Source: Octopus sinensis (taxonomy: Eukaryota). Taken from it: a stretch of 64,000 nucleotides of DNA. The stretch spans positions 21,898,464 to 21,962,463 of the forward strand of contig NC_043011.1 of assembly GCF_006345805.1 (NCBI RefSeq). The letters are read 5' to 3'. Of this stretch, positions 25,149 to 37,210 are shown piece by piece. The position numbers and the translations under genes are program-made. Position 1 is the stretch's first letter. Each line of letters begins with the position of its first letter. Under the pieces are notes generated by a model that made no database searches, was not told the DNA's origin, and saw only the letters and a list, made by a program, of their open reading frames with translations.

Positions 25149-25857
25149 GAAGTTACATGCAATTAAGCATAAAACAGAACTTTAAAAAAAAAATTTAAGA
25201 GGCTGTTTTTATCAACAGCTATAAAGTAAAAAGATATAAAAATAATAAACTATAAAAATACTATTAGATGAAATTAGGAACGTTTTTGTTTGCCAGTTAA
25301 AAAAAAAACCTAGAGAACATCAAAGTGAAAAATAAAGATTAAATGTCTAAAGCAATTTAATAAAAGATCATTTTAAAAGAAATAAACTCAATAAGATACA
25401 ATAATTCTTTCCTATTGAGATGGAAATTTGAGTGTAACAAAAGATTACATTAAATGAAATTAAAATTATATTGTAAAAGATTAAAAAGTTTATCTCTACA
25501 AAATTTATTAAAGAAACATTATATTCTATAAAAATAGTAAATTTTGGATTTGGATTTTTTATTTAACTATTGACATCTTGTTCTTAGAAATAGAATTTAT
25601 AATAGCTCCTTAATTGGAGCCATTAAATCTGATTTGATTATTATCAGTGAGGAAACTCAAATTATTAACAAAATCGAACACACATACATGAACTAACAGC
25701 ACACATACCTTGTGTATGTGTGTTGTTAGTTCATGGGTCAGCTTCAGTTTTTAGGCGTAAGAGCATATATTCTCTATGTGCCTTGTGTAAAACAAAAAAA
25801 AACACCCAAAAGTAAGTCTTAATCAAGCAAGACAACTCACGTATGTCCCTTCTTGGA

Positions 25858-25904
25858 GCAACAGACATTGCTGTTTCGTCATTGTTGTAACTTATCAATG
25901 CTGC
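25858..25904 (-). ncRNA. Type I hammerhead ribozyme-like motif (U3-A8 core variant)
   Basis: The reverse strand reads GCAGCA UUGAUAA GUUA-CAACAA-UGAC GAAA CA-GCAA-UG UC UGUUGC. Stems I, II and III all pair, and there is a GUC cleavage triplet. Confidence 0.7.
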
Positions 25905-28900
25905 ATACCAAACAAGGCCCGCTACAAGTTATATTGACAACTATATGCTAAATGGTTTAAATGCCATCTGTGGAATTGAAATTTTAACATACTATATGAC
26001 ATGTTATATTTAACTGACACAACACCAATCATCTTAGCACTAGAATTGACCCTTGTCTGGCCCAAATATTCTACCTGTTTTATGTTCAAACTAATCAGAT
26101 CAGGCTTCTCACATTTACTCTACAATGTCACTCTAACAATATACAATCATGTCATTGAAATCATGAAGCTACAAAATAATGTATGATAAATCCAAAACAA
26201 TGTGAATAAATAAGTATTGCATTTGACAAAGAAACCTGAAAGCTAAAGGGTTAAGACCTTTCCAGAAATTAGTAGAGAAAAACTTCAACATTTATTTACA
26301 ACTGGTGAAACAAATCGAAGGAACACCCTTTCAGTGGTATGGCCTGGTTGGAGACATTATTCAATGAACTACTGCCTAATTTCTGGAGTCAAGCCAGAAA
26401 GTAATCGATAGATATTGAAACAGAATGAGATGAGACCACAGCAGAACAATGGTTTAATTGCATTGATGGAGATATTGTGAATCTCCTCTATGCTCAGCAT
26501 GTCAAGTATCTCCCCAAAAGACACAGGCCACCTTGTGTTGCAGTGTCTGACCACTTTGATTTCAGTAGGATATGGAACAATGTAGGTAGCTGGTGAGGTG
26601 ATGTGTGAGGCACTATATTGAACAACAGTCACCACTAACTTCACTAACCTAATACTTGCCCTTGATTCCATAACTATGACTCTACAGTTCTGGGATGTAT
26701 ATCTACACACACACACACACACATGTTTTTCACAGTATAGCATGATGTGTCTTAGTGTAATAACAAATAATTGGTGAGCTAGGTGTATTGATACTTTTCA
26801 CCTGTTTGGAACAAATGGTAAAAAAACTAGATTTACCATCTAGTTTCCAATTTGCTGCTGCTGGCTAGCTCATGAGGTGAACTGGGAAGCAACCTCTGCC
26901 AGTGTATTGCCTCTTTCTCATGAAGACTCCCACTAAGTCTTCGTGTGGCCATACATGGTAAATAGGTGCCTGGCAACTTCACCTCAGCTTGATTTGATAG
27001 AGCTCAGGACAGTAGTGGACCCTAGATACACACAGTGTTTTATCCCTACCACCACCAGACTTGAATCCTAATGCTTCTGACAACTACAACTTGGAGACAC
27101 AAGAAAAGCTGACAGTTGCATCTTGTTATATATTTCAGCAGCAGTAGTATTAGTTTCCCCTGCTGTTCATAGTTTTGTTTTTCTACTTGGCTTACAACTA
27201 GCTGACTGGTGTTGAGAGCACTGCCAGTACAATGTTGGTAGCATGCCAGCACTTTTCTTTCTCTATGCTACTGCATCCAGCTAAACAGGTCTCTGGAGAA
27301 TTAGTTATCTTTATATAGTTGGCTCAGAATTTCAGCTTCTTATTGTTAAGAAAATCCAAACTTGCGAGTGGGTAGAAAATGTAGGAAGACCGGTATATGT
27401 AATGACCTGTAATATGTTTTAATGTTCTGCTAATTCTATTTTTTTTTTTTACCATTTCAATGTCCCTTTTACCTGTTAAAAATGTTCATAGTTTATCTAA
27501 TACAAATTAACAATACAATTTCACTTAGTGATAGTAATTAAAGCATAGTACTTCTAGAATCCCATTGCCAATTCAAAATGCAAACTAGCTTCATCTGCTG
27601 CATCAAGTTTTCTTTTATGCATGTGTGTGTGTGTGTGCTTGTGCTCACATGTAGTTAGCTTGTGCAAGCAGCAGGATATGTATGCAGTTGGATGTAAATG
27701 CAGCCAGCATGTGAAAGAATGCCGGCTACATTAATTATATCTTCTTTTTTCATCTTTCCAAGGTTTAAAAGAGACCTGTCTGACGACATGAGTCATGTAC
27801 AATAGATGTGCTTGACTGCATGAGTCATGTAAGAGGGAGGTCCCTGAAAAGTAACTTGACATGCTGTTAATAAGTCAAATCTTCTTCAGATCACATCTGT
27901 CGTCTTAAAAGAAGCAGTCATTCAGTAAAATATAGTGGTATATATTTTATTTAAAGGTGTTAGCATGGCTGGGTGGTAAGAAGTTTGCTTCCCAACCACA
28001 TGCGTCTTCTATTGTAGGCATGGGCTGATCAAAGCATTGTTAGTGGATTTAGTTGGCAGAAAATGAATAAAACCATGTGTGTGTGTTACTGTCTCCTTGC
28101 CTTAACATTTTATGATAGTTGTAAATGAGTGTCATCATCATGCCAGTGGTGTCCTTTGCTTTCAATTTTCTGTGAAAATGTCTGTTCATAGAGAGATGTT
28201 ATCTTACTTGGTATAGGTTGACAATAGGGAAGGCATCTAGCTATAGAAAATCTGCCACAACAAATTCAATCTGACCCATGCAAGCATGGAAGAGTGGGTG
28301 TTAAAACAGTAATAATGATGAGGAGGAAGAGGAGGAGGATCTAGTAAAAATTGAAAAAATAAGACTGGGTATCATCATTCTGTTTCATCAAAGCAGAACT
28401 AGGAGTTAAACAACAACAAATGTAGTAACATTAAATTGTATTGTACTATATTTCATTTATTTTATATATTTAATTAATTATTCCATTCCTTCTATTTCCT
28501 GTTTCAAAACCTATTGGAAGTAATAGCTGGCAATCTTTGAGTCAATGGTCAATATTTCTAATGAATCGTAATGCTAAAGGCAATTACATTTAGAATAGAA
28601 GTGAATTGTGAATAATGTCATCTGCAGTGTCAGTTGCAGATAATAGAATTAGAGTATTAGATCTTGAAAGTTAATTACAGAAGATGAACATGGATAACAT
28701 TAGATGAATAAAAAAAAATGAAAGGTCCTGTGTTCCATAGGTTATTTGTGTTTGCATCCAGTCCTAATTAAAAGGTACTATAATGATTATATAGTTTTAA
28801 GAACTGTACAGTTTTGGTGCTTGCATAAAGTGAGAGATTGTGAAAGTAGAGAACTGGGTTAGGTGCTTACCATGTTTAGTGATTTATTGTTTTAACCCTT

Positions 28901-29091
28901 TAGCATTCAGATTACTCTGGCAAAAGTAATTTTTGCTTATTTACACTGGTTTGAATTAATTATGCATTATTCCACAGCTTCAAATTTTTTATGAATGGGA
29001 AGTTTATTTTTAGAGTAAAATTGTAGGGTAGGTGTGAGGGGCCAGATCTGGTCAGTTTGAACATAAAGCAGGTAGAATATTTTGGCTGGAT

Positions 29092-29340
29092 ATCATCATC
29101 ATCATCATCATCGTTTAACGTCCGTTTTCCGCGCTAGCACGGGTTGGACGGTTTCGACCGGGGTCTGGGGAGCTCGGGACTGCCCCAGGCTCCAGTCTAG
29201 TCTGGCAGTGTTTCTACAGCTGGATGCCCTTCCTAACGCCAACCACTCCGCGAGTGTAGTGGGTGTTTTTTACGTGCCACCTGCACAGGTGCCAGAGGGG
29301 TCTGGCATCGGCCACGTTCGGATGGTGCTTTTTATGTGGG
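29092..29340 (-). mobile_element. Family D RTE-tail SINE-like element, young (CpGs intact)
   Basis: Nearly identical in its core to the copy at 50696-50873. Confidence 0.9.
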
Positions 29341-30639
29341 GGGTGGTGCAGAAATATAGGGGAGCACCAGTGGGGAGGGGTGGTTCAGAGAAATGATGAC
29401 AGGTTCTAGGCAAGTAGAACGTAGGATAATGAGAGAGGGGTAATGCATGGTGAAATAGCGTATTGAAGAGGGGGGTTCGAAGAGTAGACACCTATAATGG
29501 TGGTGGGAGAAGCGACATCCGGTATAGATGGAGCAAAATATAGAGATATCCGGTATTGGTGGTGGGGGTGGGCAGGGCGGGTGCACCGCGAAGATACGAA
29601 GTTTGATTTTAGACGAATGAAGATAGATAGATAGAGAAATTAGATAGATAGAGAAATTTGATAAATAGTTAGACAGATAGAGAAACATAAGAGGGAGTAT
29701 CCGGTGTAGATGGTGAGAACAGTGTTCACCGGTATTGGTGGTGGGGGTGGGAGGGTGGGCGCACCGCGCATTGGGAGAAGATGAGGTTTTTAGGCGGCAG
29801 AAAGAAGACAGGATTGAGATGAAATGCTTTGCGGTGGTGTGAATAAGTTTTTGTGAGTGAAAGTTTTTATGCTTCAGCTAGCAGTTGAGACGAAAGACAA
29901 CGATAACGCTAATATATGGGAATACAATAATAATAAGGCTTGCAAAAACAATGAAAAGAGGAAACAGGTCGGGAACTTAGCTGATGTTTTTCATCCTGCG
30001 GTATTGGCTAAGCCTGTGGAAGCGAGTGAAGGTGAGATATATACCGAGAGAGAGAGAGAGAGAGAGACAGTGAAAACAGAGGGAGAACCGACACCACATA
30101 GCGAGAGAGAGAGGCTGAAGAGTTAAACTGGTCATATCTGGCCCAAATATTCCACCACAGTGGTGCTCTTGCATAACTGCAGCTTCATGGCTGAAATAAA
30201 TAAAAGAATGTAAAAGAAAGTTTAGCTTTATACTCAAACCAACCAGATCCAGCCTCTCATACATATATCCTACAACGTCATACCAAAAAAATAAGCAGTC
30301 ACATCATTAAATCTCAAAGCTATGAAATAATGCATGATTAATTCAAAACAATGTGAATAAATAAGCATTACATTTGACAGAGTAACTTGAATACTTAAAT
30401 ACAAAACCTTATTACTATATCTACTCAAGTATGTCATACCCCTAATTTAATGTTAAATCATGGAACAAATTTCTTTTTCTCTTCATATTCAAACTTGTTA
30501 TTAGCTTTGCCCTATGTATAAGTTACACACCAGTTATTTTTCTTTTCCTTTTAGTTAAAAATTGAGTATAAAATAATGCAACTTATCACCTGGATCACCT
30601 AGATTGGCCAGGCTCTCTTGGCCACAGCATTTGCTCCAT

Positions 30640-31165
30640 TCCTTTCATGCTCTCACCATTCTCCTTCACGTTGTTCCAAACACCTTTCTTTAAATCATCT
30701 TCCTACCTGATTGGAGGTCTTCCAAGCAGTTTTTTCTGTTCGCACAGGTACCGCTTAACAACTGCATATGTCCACTGATTGTCTATGATCCTTGCAACAT
30801 GGGGACGTTTATTTTTAGAGTAACATTGTAGGGTAGGTGTGAAGGGCCAGATCTGGTCAGTTTGAACATAAAGCAGGTAAAATATTTTGGCTGGATATGA
30901 TGAGATCCTTCACTCCAGTTCTATCCTTGGTCTCCTTGTTCCAGATGTGATCTCTTAGCAAGATTCCCAACATCAACCTTTCCATGGCTCACTGCACCAT
31001 AAGCAGATATTGTTCTTCTCCCTTTGACAAGGCCTAAGTCTCACATGTGTATAACATTGCAGGCAAGACTGTACTGTTGAAGAGATTGGTGCGAGTTGCC
31101 TTGTCTCAGCAACTCATACACAAGTAAATATAGTAAGTTGATTTTACCTGTCATCATTCTGGGAA
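30640..31165 (-). mobile_element. RTE-clade LINE fragment interrupted by a 92-bp MITE piece (30807-30898)
   Basis: Reverse strand NLFNSTVLPAMLYTCET...AMERLMLGILLRDHIWN...GVKDL, then HVAR..DNQWT...GRPP, with stops. Confidence 0.85.
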
Positions 31166-31844
31166 ACTTGAATAAAAATCAGTGGCATACTGGTCTCAGT
31201 ATAATCACCTACACAGTGGAATTGCTGAGTTAGTAGAGCATTGGACAAAATACCTTGCAATGTTTTGTTGCATATCTTTGTATTCTGAGTTTGTATCCCA
31301 CTTTAGTGAACTTTCTCTTTCATTCAGGGTTGATAAAATAAGTATCACAGTATTATACTGGCATTGATTTAGAGAATTACTAACCTTGTACTGATAGAAT
31401 AAATACTGAACTTTAAAAATAATAAGTACCTGAGTCTGTTTGTTTGACTAAACCCTTCAAGGTAGTGCCCATGGATGGCTGCATTCCAATGATTGAAACA
31501 AATAAAAGACAAGTTTCAATATTTGCATTTTTATTTCTAAATCATAGTTTAGGTGAAATAGATGATAACTGGACAAAGTTCAATTGATAATAGCTTTCCC
31601 TTACAAAAATGGACTTTATACTTTGTCAAAGTAAATCAATATTTGTATATTACTTTTTGTGAAAAATATCTGTGAGGCTATGAGAGAGCCTCTACAAAAT
31701 ATTTGATAGAAGCAATATTTAAGTCTCCTTCAAGGCATACTTTGCCATCTTAAAGAATGGATTCACTGGATGATATAGTCTAAAGTTACACTAGTCCTGA
31801 AAAAAATTTAAAGAGGTGGGAAGGTCATTATCTTTTATCTTTTT

Positions 31845-32235
31845 CTTTCACATGTTTCAGTCATTAGGCTGCAGCCATGCTGGGGCACTGCATTGAAGAA
31901 TTTTTAGTCAAATGTATCAACCCCAGTACTTACTATTTTTTTTTTAAATCCTAATGCTTATTCTGTCAGTCTCTTTTACCATATGGCTAAGTTACAGGGA
32001 TATAAACATACCAACACTGGTTGTCAGGTGGGGGTGGTGGTGGGAGGTGCTTACTGATGCAAAGACACACACACACACATATACGATGGGTTTCTTTCTG
32101 TTTCTGTCTACCAAATCCACTCACAAGGCTTTGGTCAGCCCAAAGGTATAGTAGAAGACACTTGCTTAAAGTGCTATGCAGTGGGATTGAAACCAGAATC
32201 ATGTGGTTAGGAAGGAAGCTTCTTACCACACAGCC
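31845..32235 (-). mobile_element. tRNA-derived SINE (family A), near full length
   Basis: Reverse complement of the family A copy at 53539-53952. Confidence 0.8.
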
Positions 32236-33351
32236 ATGTTGTTTGAATTATTTTAATCATATATGTAGGTATGGTTAGCTATGTGGTTAAGAAATTCGCT
32301 TCCTAACCATGATTGCATGGTTTCGGGTTCAGTCCTACTACATGGCACTTTAGGCAAGTGTTTTCTACTATAGATCTGGGACAATCAAAGTCTTGTGAGA
32401 GGATTTGGTAGATGGAAATGGGAAGGAGCCCATTGTATATATGTGTCTGTGTGTGTGTTTGTTTGTCGGTATCTCCTTGTCTTATCATACAATAGTTGTT
32501 TCCAATCTTCCCTGAAGCCATGTCCAACCAAGCAAAAATATTTTCTTGCTTGGAAACAGGTCAGTGACATAAAGGGCATCTTACTTTGAAAAAAAAACAA
32601 TCTACCTCAATGAATTTCTTCTGACCCATGCAAGCATGGAAAAGTAGATGTTAAAACAGTGAAAAAAAGAAGAAAAAAAATTATGATAATGATGAATAGG
32701 CCTGCTTGGTCAGGACCAGCTTGGAACTAAACAACAACAGATAAATATTTGTGAAAAGAAAAAGAAGAAATAAGCTGTAAAACCTACAAGAAGTAGTAAA
32801 GAAAAAGACATTCTATAATTCATTTTGGCATGCTGCAGTATGCTGGATATAGCTTGCAGTTTGTATAATATTTAGATCTGCTTTGCAGTATTATGTTTGG
32901 TGAGTCACTTGTTTAAATCTCATTGCAGTAGCTTCTTTCACTATCAATATACTAGTTAGTATACTCTAACCTTTTACAGAAAATTAATGGCCATGTAGCA
33001 AAAAGTTCTTTATGAGTAAATGAAATTCTCATTATTTGTTATTGTGTCAAGGTGGCAAGCAAGCAGAATCGTTAGCACATCGGACAAAAGGCTTAGTGGT
33101 AATTCTTCTGGTTCTTTTATATCCTGTGTTCAAATCTCACAAAAGTCAATTTTTCCTTTCATTCTTTTGGGGCTCGATAAAATAAGTGTCAGTTAAGCAT
33201 TAGAGTTGATGTTATTGACTTACACCCTCTTCTCAAAATTGCTGGCATTCGGCCAAAAATTTGCAAACATTATTTGTGTGGGTGCATATGATTTAGTACA
33301 AGTATTTTATCTGGACAAAACTATATAACTTGACTTGTCTTACAAAAATAA

Positions 33352-33870
33352 CCACTGAAACCGTTCAGAAATGTGCAACCAGACACATACCAACCATCAG
33401 ACAACTACCATACTCTGAACGTCTTGTTTCCCTGGGCATGTGCACATTAAAGTTCCAACATCTGGCAACTGACTTGGTAGACACCCACAAGATTTCCACC
33501 ATCTTTCCAACAACAACCTTGGGCACCTTTTTGAATTCCATATGTCTATCACTCATGGACATGCTTACAAAATATAAAAAACAATACAGTACCTATGAGT
33601 TTTTCATGCTCAGAATTGCTGAAGCATGGAATAAATTACCTCCATCAGTTGTTAGCTGTTAGTACACTACATCCTTTATAACTTCCATACTTCCTGAAAT
33701 TCGCCAACAGTACACCTGATGTCCTCCATCCCTATTTCTTCTTCCTTATTGTTTTTTTAAAAAAAACTTAAGTGTTCACTTTCTGCACATGTTCTATGTA
33801 CTGTTCATGCAGTTTTGGTTACTTTTTCTGATGAGTTGCAGTGCACCTGAGCGCTGTATACAAGTTCATT
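33352..33870 (+). mobile_element. CR1-type LINE 3' end
   Basis: ETVQKCATRHIP...LPYSERL...FFMLRIAEAWNKLP, typical of the CR1/L3 ORF2 C-terminus, then the 3' UTR. Confidence 0.85.
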
Positions 33871-34255
33871 ATATCATTATTTGCTTTGATTTTTTTTTTT
33901 TTTTTTTTTTTTTTTTAGTTTTCAAATATATACAAAATTATAGACTTTTTAATTGGATAATTAAGACTCTATAGTTGTAATGACGTTAACAAGCTGAATA
34001 GTCAGGTGTTGCTACAGTGATTAATAATTCATTTGATGTAGGACATTTAAATCTTATCAATAATCTGCTTGACTGACAAGCATTTTCCTCTTTGACTTCA
34101 GATAAATTGAGTGGTTAGGTGGATGCTGGCAGAATCATTAGCATGTCAGGCAAAATGCATTGCAGCATTTCATCCATCTTTACGTTCTGAGTTCAAATTC
34201 CGCTGAGGTCCATTTTACCTTTCATCCTCTCGGGGTTTATCACTGGGGTTGATAT

Positions 34256-34494
34256 ATGGTATTTTTCATATAAGCTTTAAGCTTATCACAATCACCACTG
34301 TGCAATGACTAAGGAAAATAGTTTAATAAAGGGGTATATAAGCCCTCTATAGCAAAAAAGAAGGCTTTCGGGTCTGCGTGGATAGGAAAGCCTTCTTTTT
34401 TTCTGTTGAGGACTTATATGCCCCTTTATAGACTATTTTCCTTAGTCATTACACGGTGATTGCCATAAGCTTTAAGCTTATATAAAAATATCAT
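34256..34494. mobile_element. Fold-back MITE (about 110-bp arms, about 16-nt loop) adjoining a family B SINE
   Basis: The arms are complementary throughout, e.g. atgactaaggaaaatagt / actattttccttagtcat and aaaaaagaaggctttc / gaaagccttctttttt. Confidence 0.8.
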
Positions 34495-35516
34495 TATTAT
34501 TATTTACAGGATTGTAAACTCAGTGCCATATAAAAAACCATTCGTACCGAAAGCATACATACATCTATATATATATATATATATATATATATGCGTTCTT
34601 CTTGAGAGAGATCAAGCCAGTTCTTAACAAAGCAACAAGAAGTTTTGAATTAAGGGGATTCCCAGTGTTTGTAAATATGCAGTTGAGTTGGTATGTATGT
34701 TTGTGAGTTGGCCATTTTTGAATGTTGAAATGGCTCAAGTACCTTACTGCTATTTATTTTAATCATTGCTTCCCTCATAGCTATAATGGACACTGTTAAA
34801 AAAAAGGTTCTAATTTGAACCTTTAAACCATAGTTGAAAACTATTCACCCTAGTGAACTACTACTGTTTGGTCAACTCTTCCATCCATCAGGAATGTTTG
34901 GGAACACTATTTTGTATGTGTGAAAACAGGTGGGTGTGTGTATCCATGTGTGTGCTAAAATATATGCTTGTATGCATTCTTATTTATTATAAAATACAGC
35001 TATGTTATTTCTCTCATCATTTATCCTGTCCAGCTTAACAGAGTTTGGTTCATTTATGTTTTGACATAGTGTATGGTGCCTTTTTTTTTTTTTTACTGCA
35101 GTCTCTATTTATAGAAATTTCAGTTCAGCAGCTGGTGTTAATAATGAATGAATTCTGCTCCTGCTGACTTTACAGAAGGCATTGTTATTTAACAACTCCA
35201 ATTACAACACCAATATATTTACAATATAGATAGTTTTCCTACCCTTTTTTTTTTATGAGAGTATATGAAGAAATGTTACACAGGTGTTGGCGACAAAATC
35301 CAAAATAAAATTAAGTAATTTATCATTGTATTACATTCTGAGTTTAAGTCTGCCAAGATTGATTTTTATCTTTCATCCCTTCAAGTTCAATAAAATAAGT
35401 ACCAGTTGTACACTGGGATCAATGTAATCAACTAGCACCCTCCCAATAAATTTTAGACCTTGTGCTTATTGTAGAAAACATTTTTACCATTGGATTATTG
35501 CAGTAGTTCTCCAAGC

Positions 35517-35555
<39 letters not shown>

Positions 35556-35557
<2 letters not shown>

Positions 35558-35739
35558 GTGGCACGTAAAAAGCACCCACTACACTCACAGAGTGGTTGGC
35601 GTTAGGAAGGGCATCCAGCCGTAGAAACACTGCCAGATCAGACTGGGCCTGATGCAGCCTTCTGGCTTCACAGACCCCAGTTGAACCGTCCAACCCATGC
35701 TAGCATGGAAAGCGGACACTAAATGATGATGATGATGAT
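35556..35739 (+). mobile_element. Family D RTE-tail SINE-like element between (TA)n tracts
   Basis: Same module as 50696-50873. Confidence 0.9.
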
Positions 35740-36048
35740 ATATATATATATTACTTTAAATCAAATAAAAGCTATTAGTACATAAACTCAAAGCTATATT
35801 TAAAAAAAAAACAAGCAAACATATATTTACATATTTTAGCCTGTAAATGTAATAAATATAAGGCATGACTGTGTGGTAAAAAGCTTGCTTCCTAATCACA
35901 TGGTTCCAGTTTTGGTCCCACTGCATGGCACGTTGAGCAAGTGTCTTCCACTATAAGCCTTGTTATGACCAAAGCCTTGAGTGGATTTGGCAGACAGAAA
36001 CTGAGGGAAGCCTGTCATGTACATACATACATACATATATATATGTAT

Positions 36049-36287
36049 GTGTTCTTGAGCAAGACACTTTATTTCACGTTGCTCCAGTTCACTCAGCTGT
36101 AGAAATGAGTTGCGACGTCACGGGTGCCAAGCTGTGTAGGCCTTTGCCTTTCCCTTGGATAAAACTGGTGGCGTGGAGAGGGGAGGCCGGTATGCATGGG
36201 CGACTGCTGGTCTTCCATAAACCATCTTGCCCAGACTTGTGACTAGGAGGGTAACTTTCTAGGTCAGTGTCGTGACCGAAGGGGGTC
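36049..36287 (+). mobile_element. 5'-truncated family C SINE
   Basis: Colinear with about 204-458. Confidence 0.85.
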
Positions 36288-36293
36288 CCCCCC

Positions 36294-36336
<43 letters not shown>

Positions 36337-37039
36337 GTAATGTATATATTTATGTGTGAGTGTCATTGTGTCTTTCTTTGTCCTCCCACCATCGTTCAAC
36401 ACCAATGTTGGTGCATTTACACCCTTGTAACTTAGTGATTCAGCCAAAGAGACAATAGGATAAGTACTAAGCTTACAAAAAAATAAGTCCTGGGGTCAAT
36501 TTCTTTGACTAAAAACCCCTTTAAGGTGGTGCTCCAGTATGGCTGCAGTCAAATGACTAAAACAAATAAAAATAATTTTTAGAAATTTTTAATAATGAAA
36601 GAAAATTTAAATTACAGAAGATTAAGTATATTTCTTTATTCAATAAATATCAGAGTTAAAACTTAAAATTTAGTATTTTTATTTTTTGAATTTTTTTAAA
36701 GCTAAATTTTATTTTTACAACAAACTTAGCTAGATCTCATAAGCACATAATATAATGTAGTGCCCTGTTTGAGAGCCACTGAACTTAACCCCTTAACATT
36801 TAAACTGACCATGTCTGGCCCAAATATACTACCTGTTTTATGTTCAAACTGGCCAGGTCTTGCCTCTTACACCTATCCTACAATGTCATTTTAAAAATAA
36901 ACAATCACATCATCAAATAAGAGATAATGAGATAGTGCATGATTAATTCAAAACAATGTGAATAAATAAGTATTACATTTGACAGAGTAATCTGAATGCT
37001 AATGAACAATTATGATTTCACTTTTACTCTTCCTCATGA

Positions 37040-37210
37040 AAGTGAACCTCAACAAAGTCATTCATACAAATCTCTTCAACAGCATGGCTCTGCCCTCAAT
37101 GCTCTATGCAGATGAAATGTGGGTGACGACAAAGAGGGAGGACAGCACTTAGTAACGGCACAAAGAGCCATGGAAAGGTCAATGCTGGGAATCTCCTTGG
37201 GAAATCACTG
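37040..37210 (+). mobile_element. RTE-clade LINE fragment
   Basis: NLFNSMALPSMLYADEMW...AQRAMERSMLGISL, the same region as 30899-31165. Confidence 0.8.

Noticed and set aside
26369-26743. 124-aa minus ORF with a TRW motif
   Set aside because: Too little similarity to assign to hAT or a LINE. It begins in a CA repeat and ends in a CR1-like scrap.
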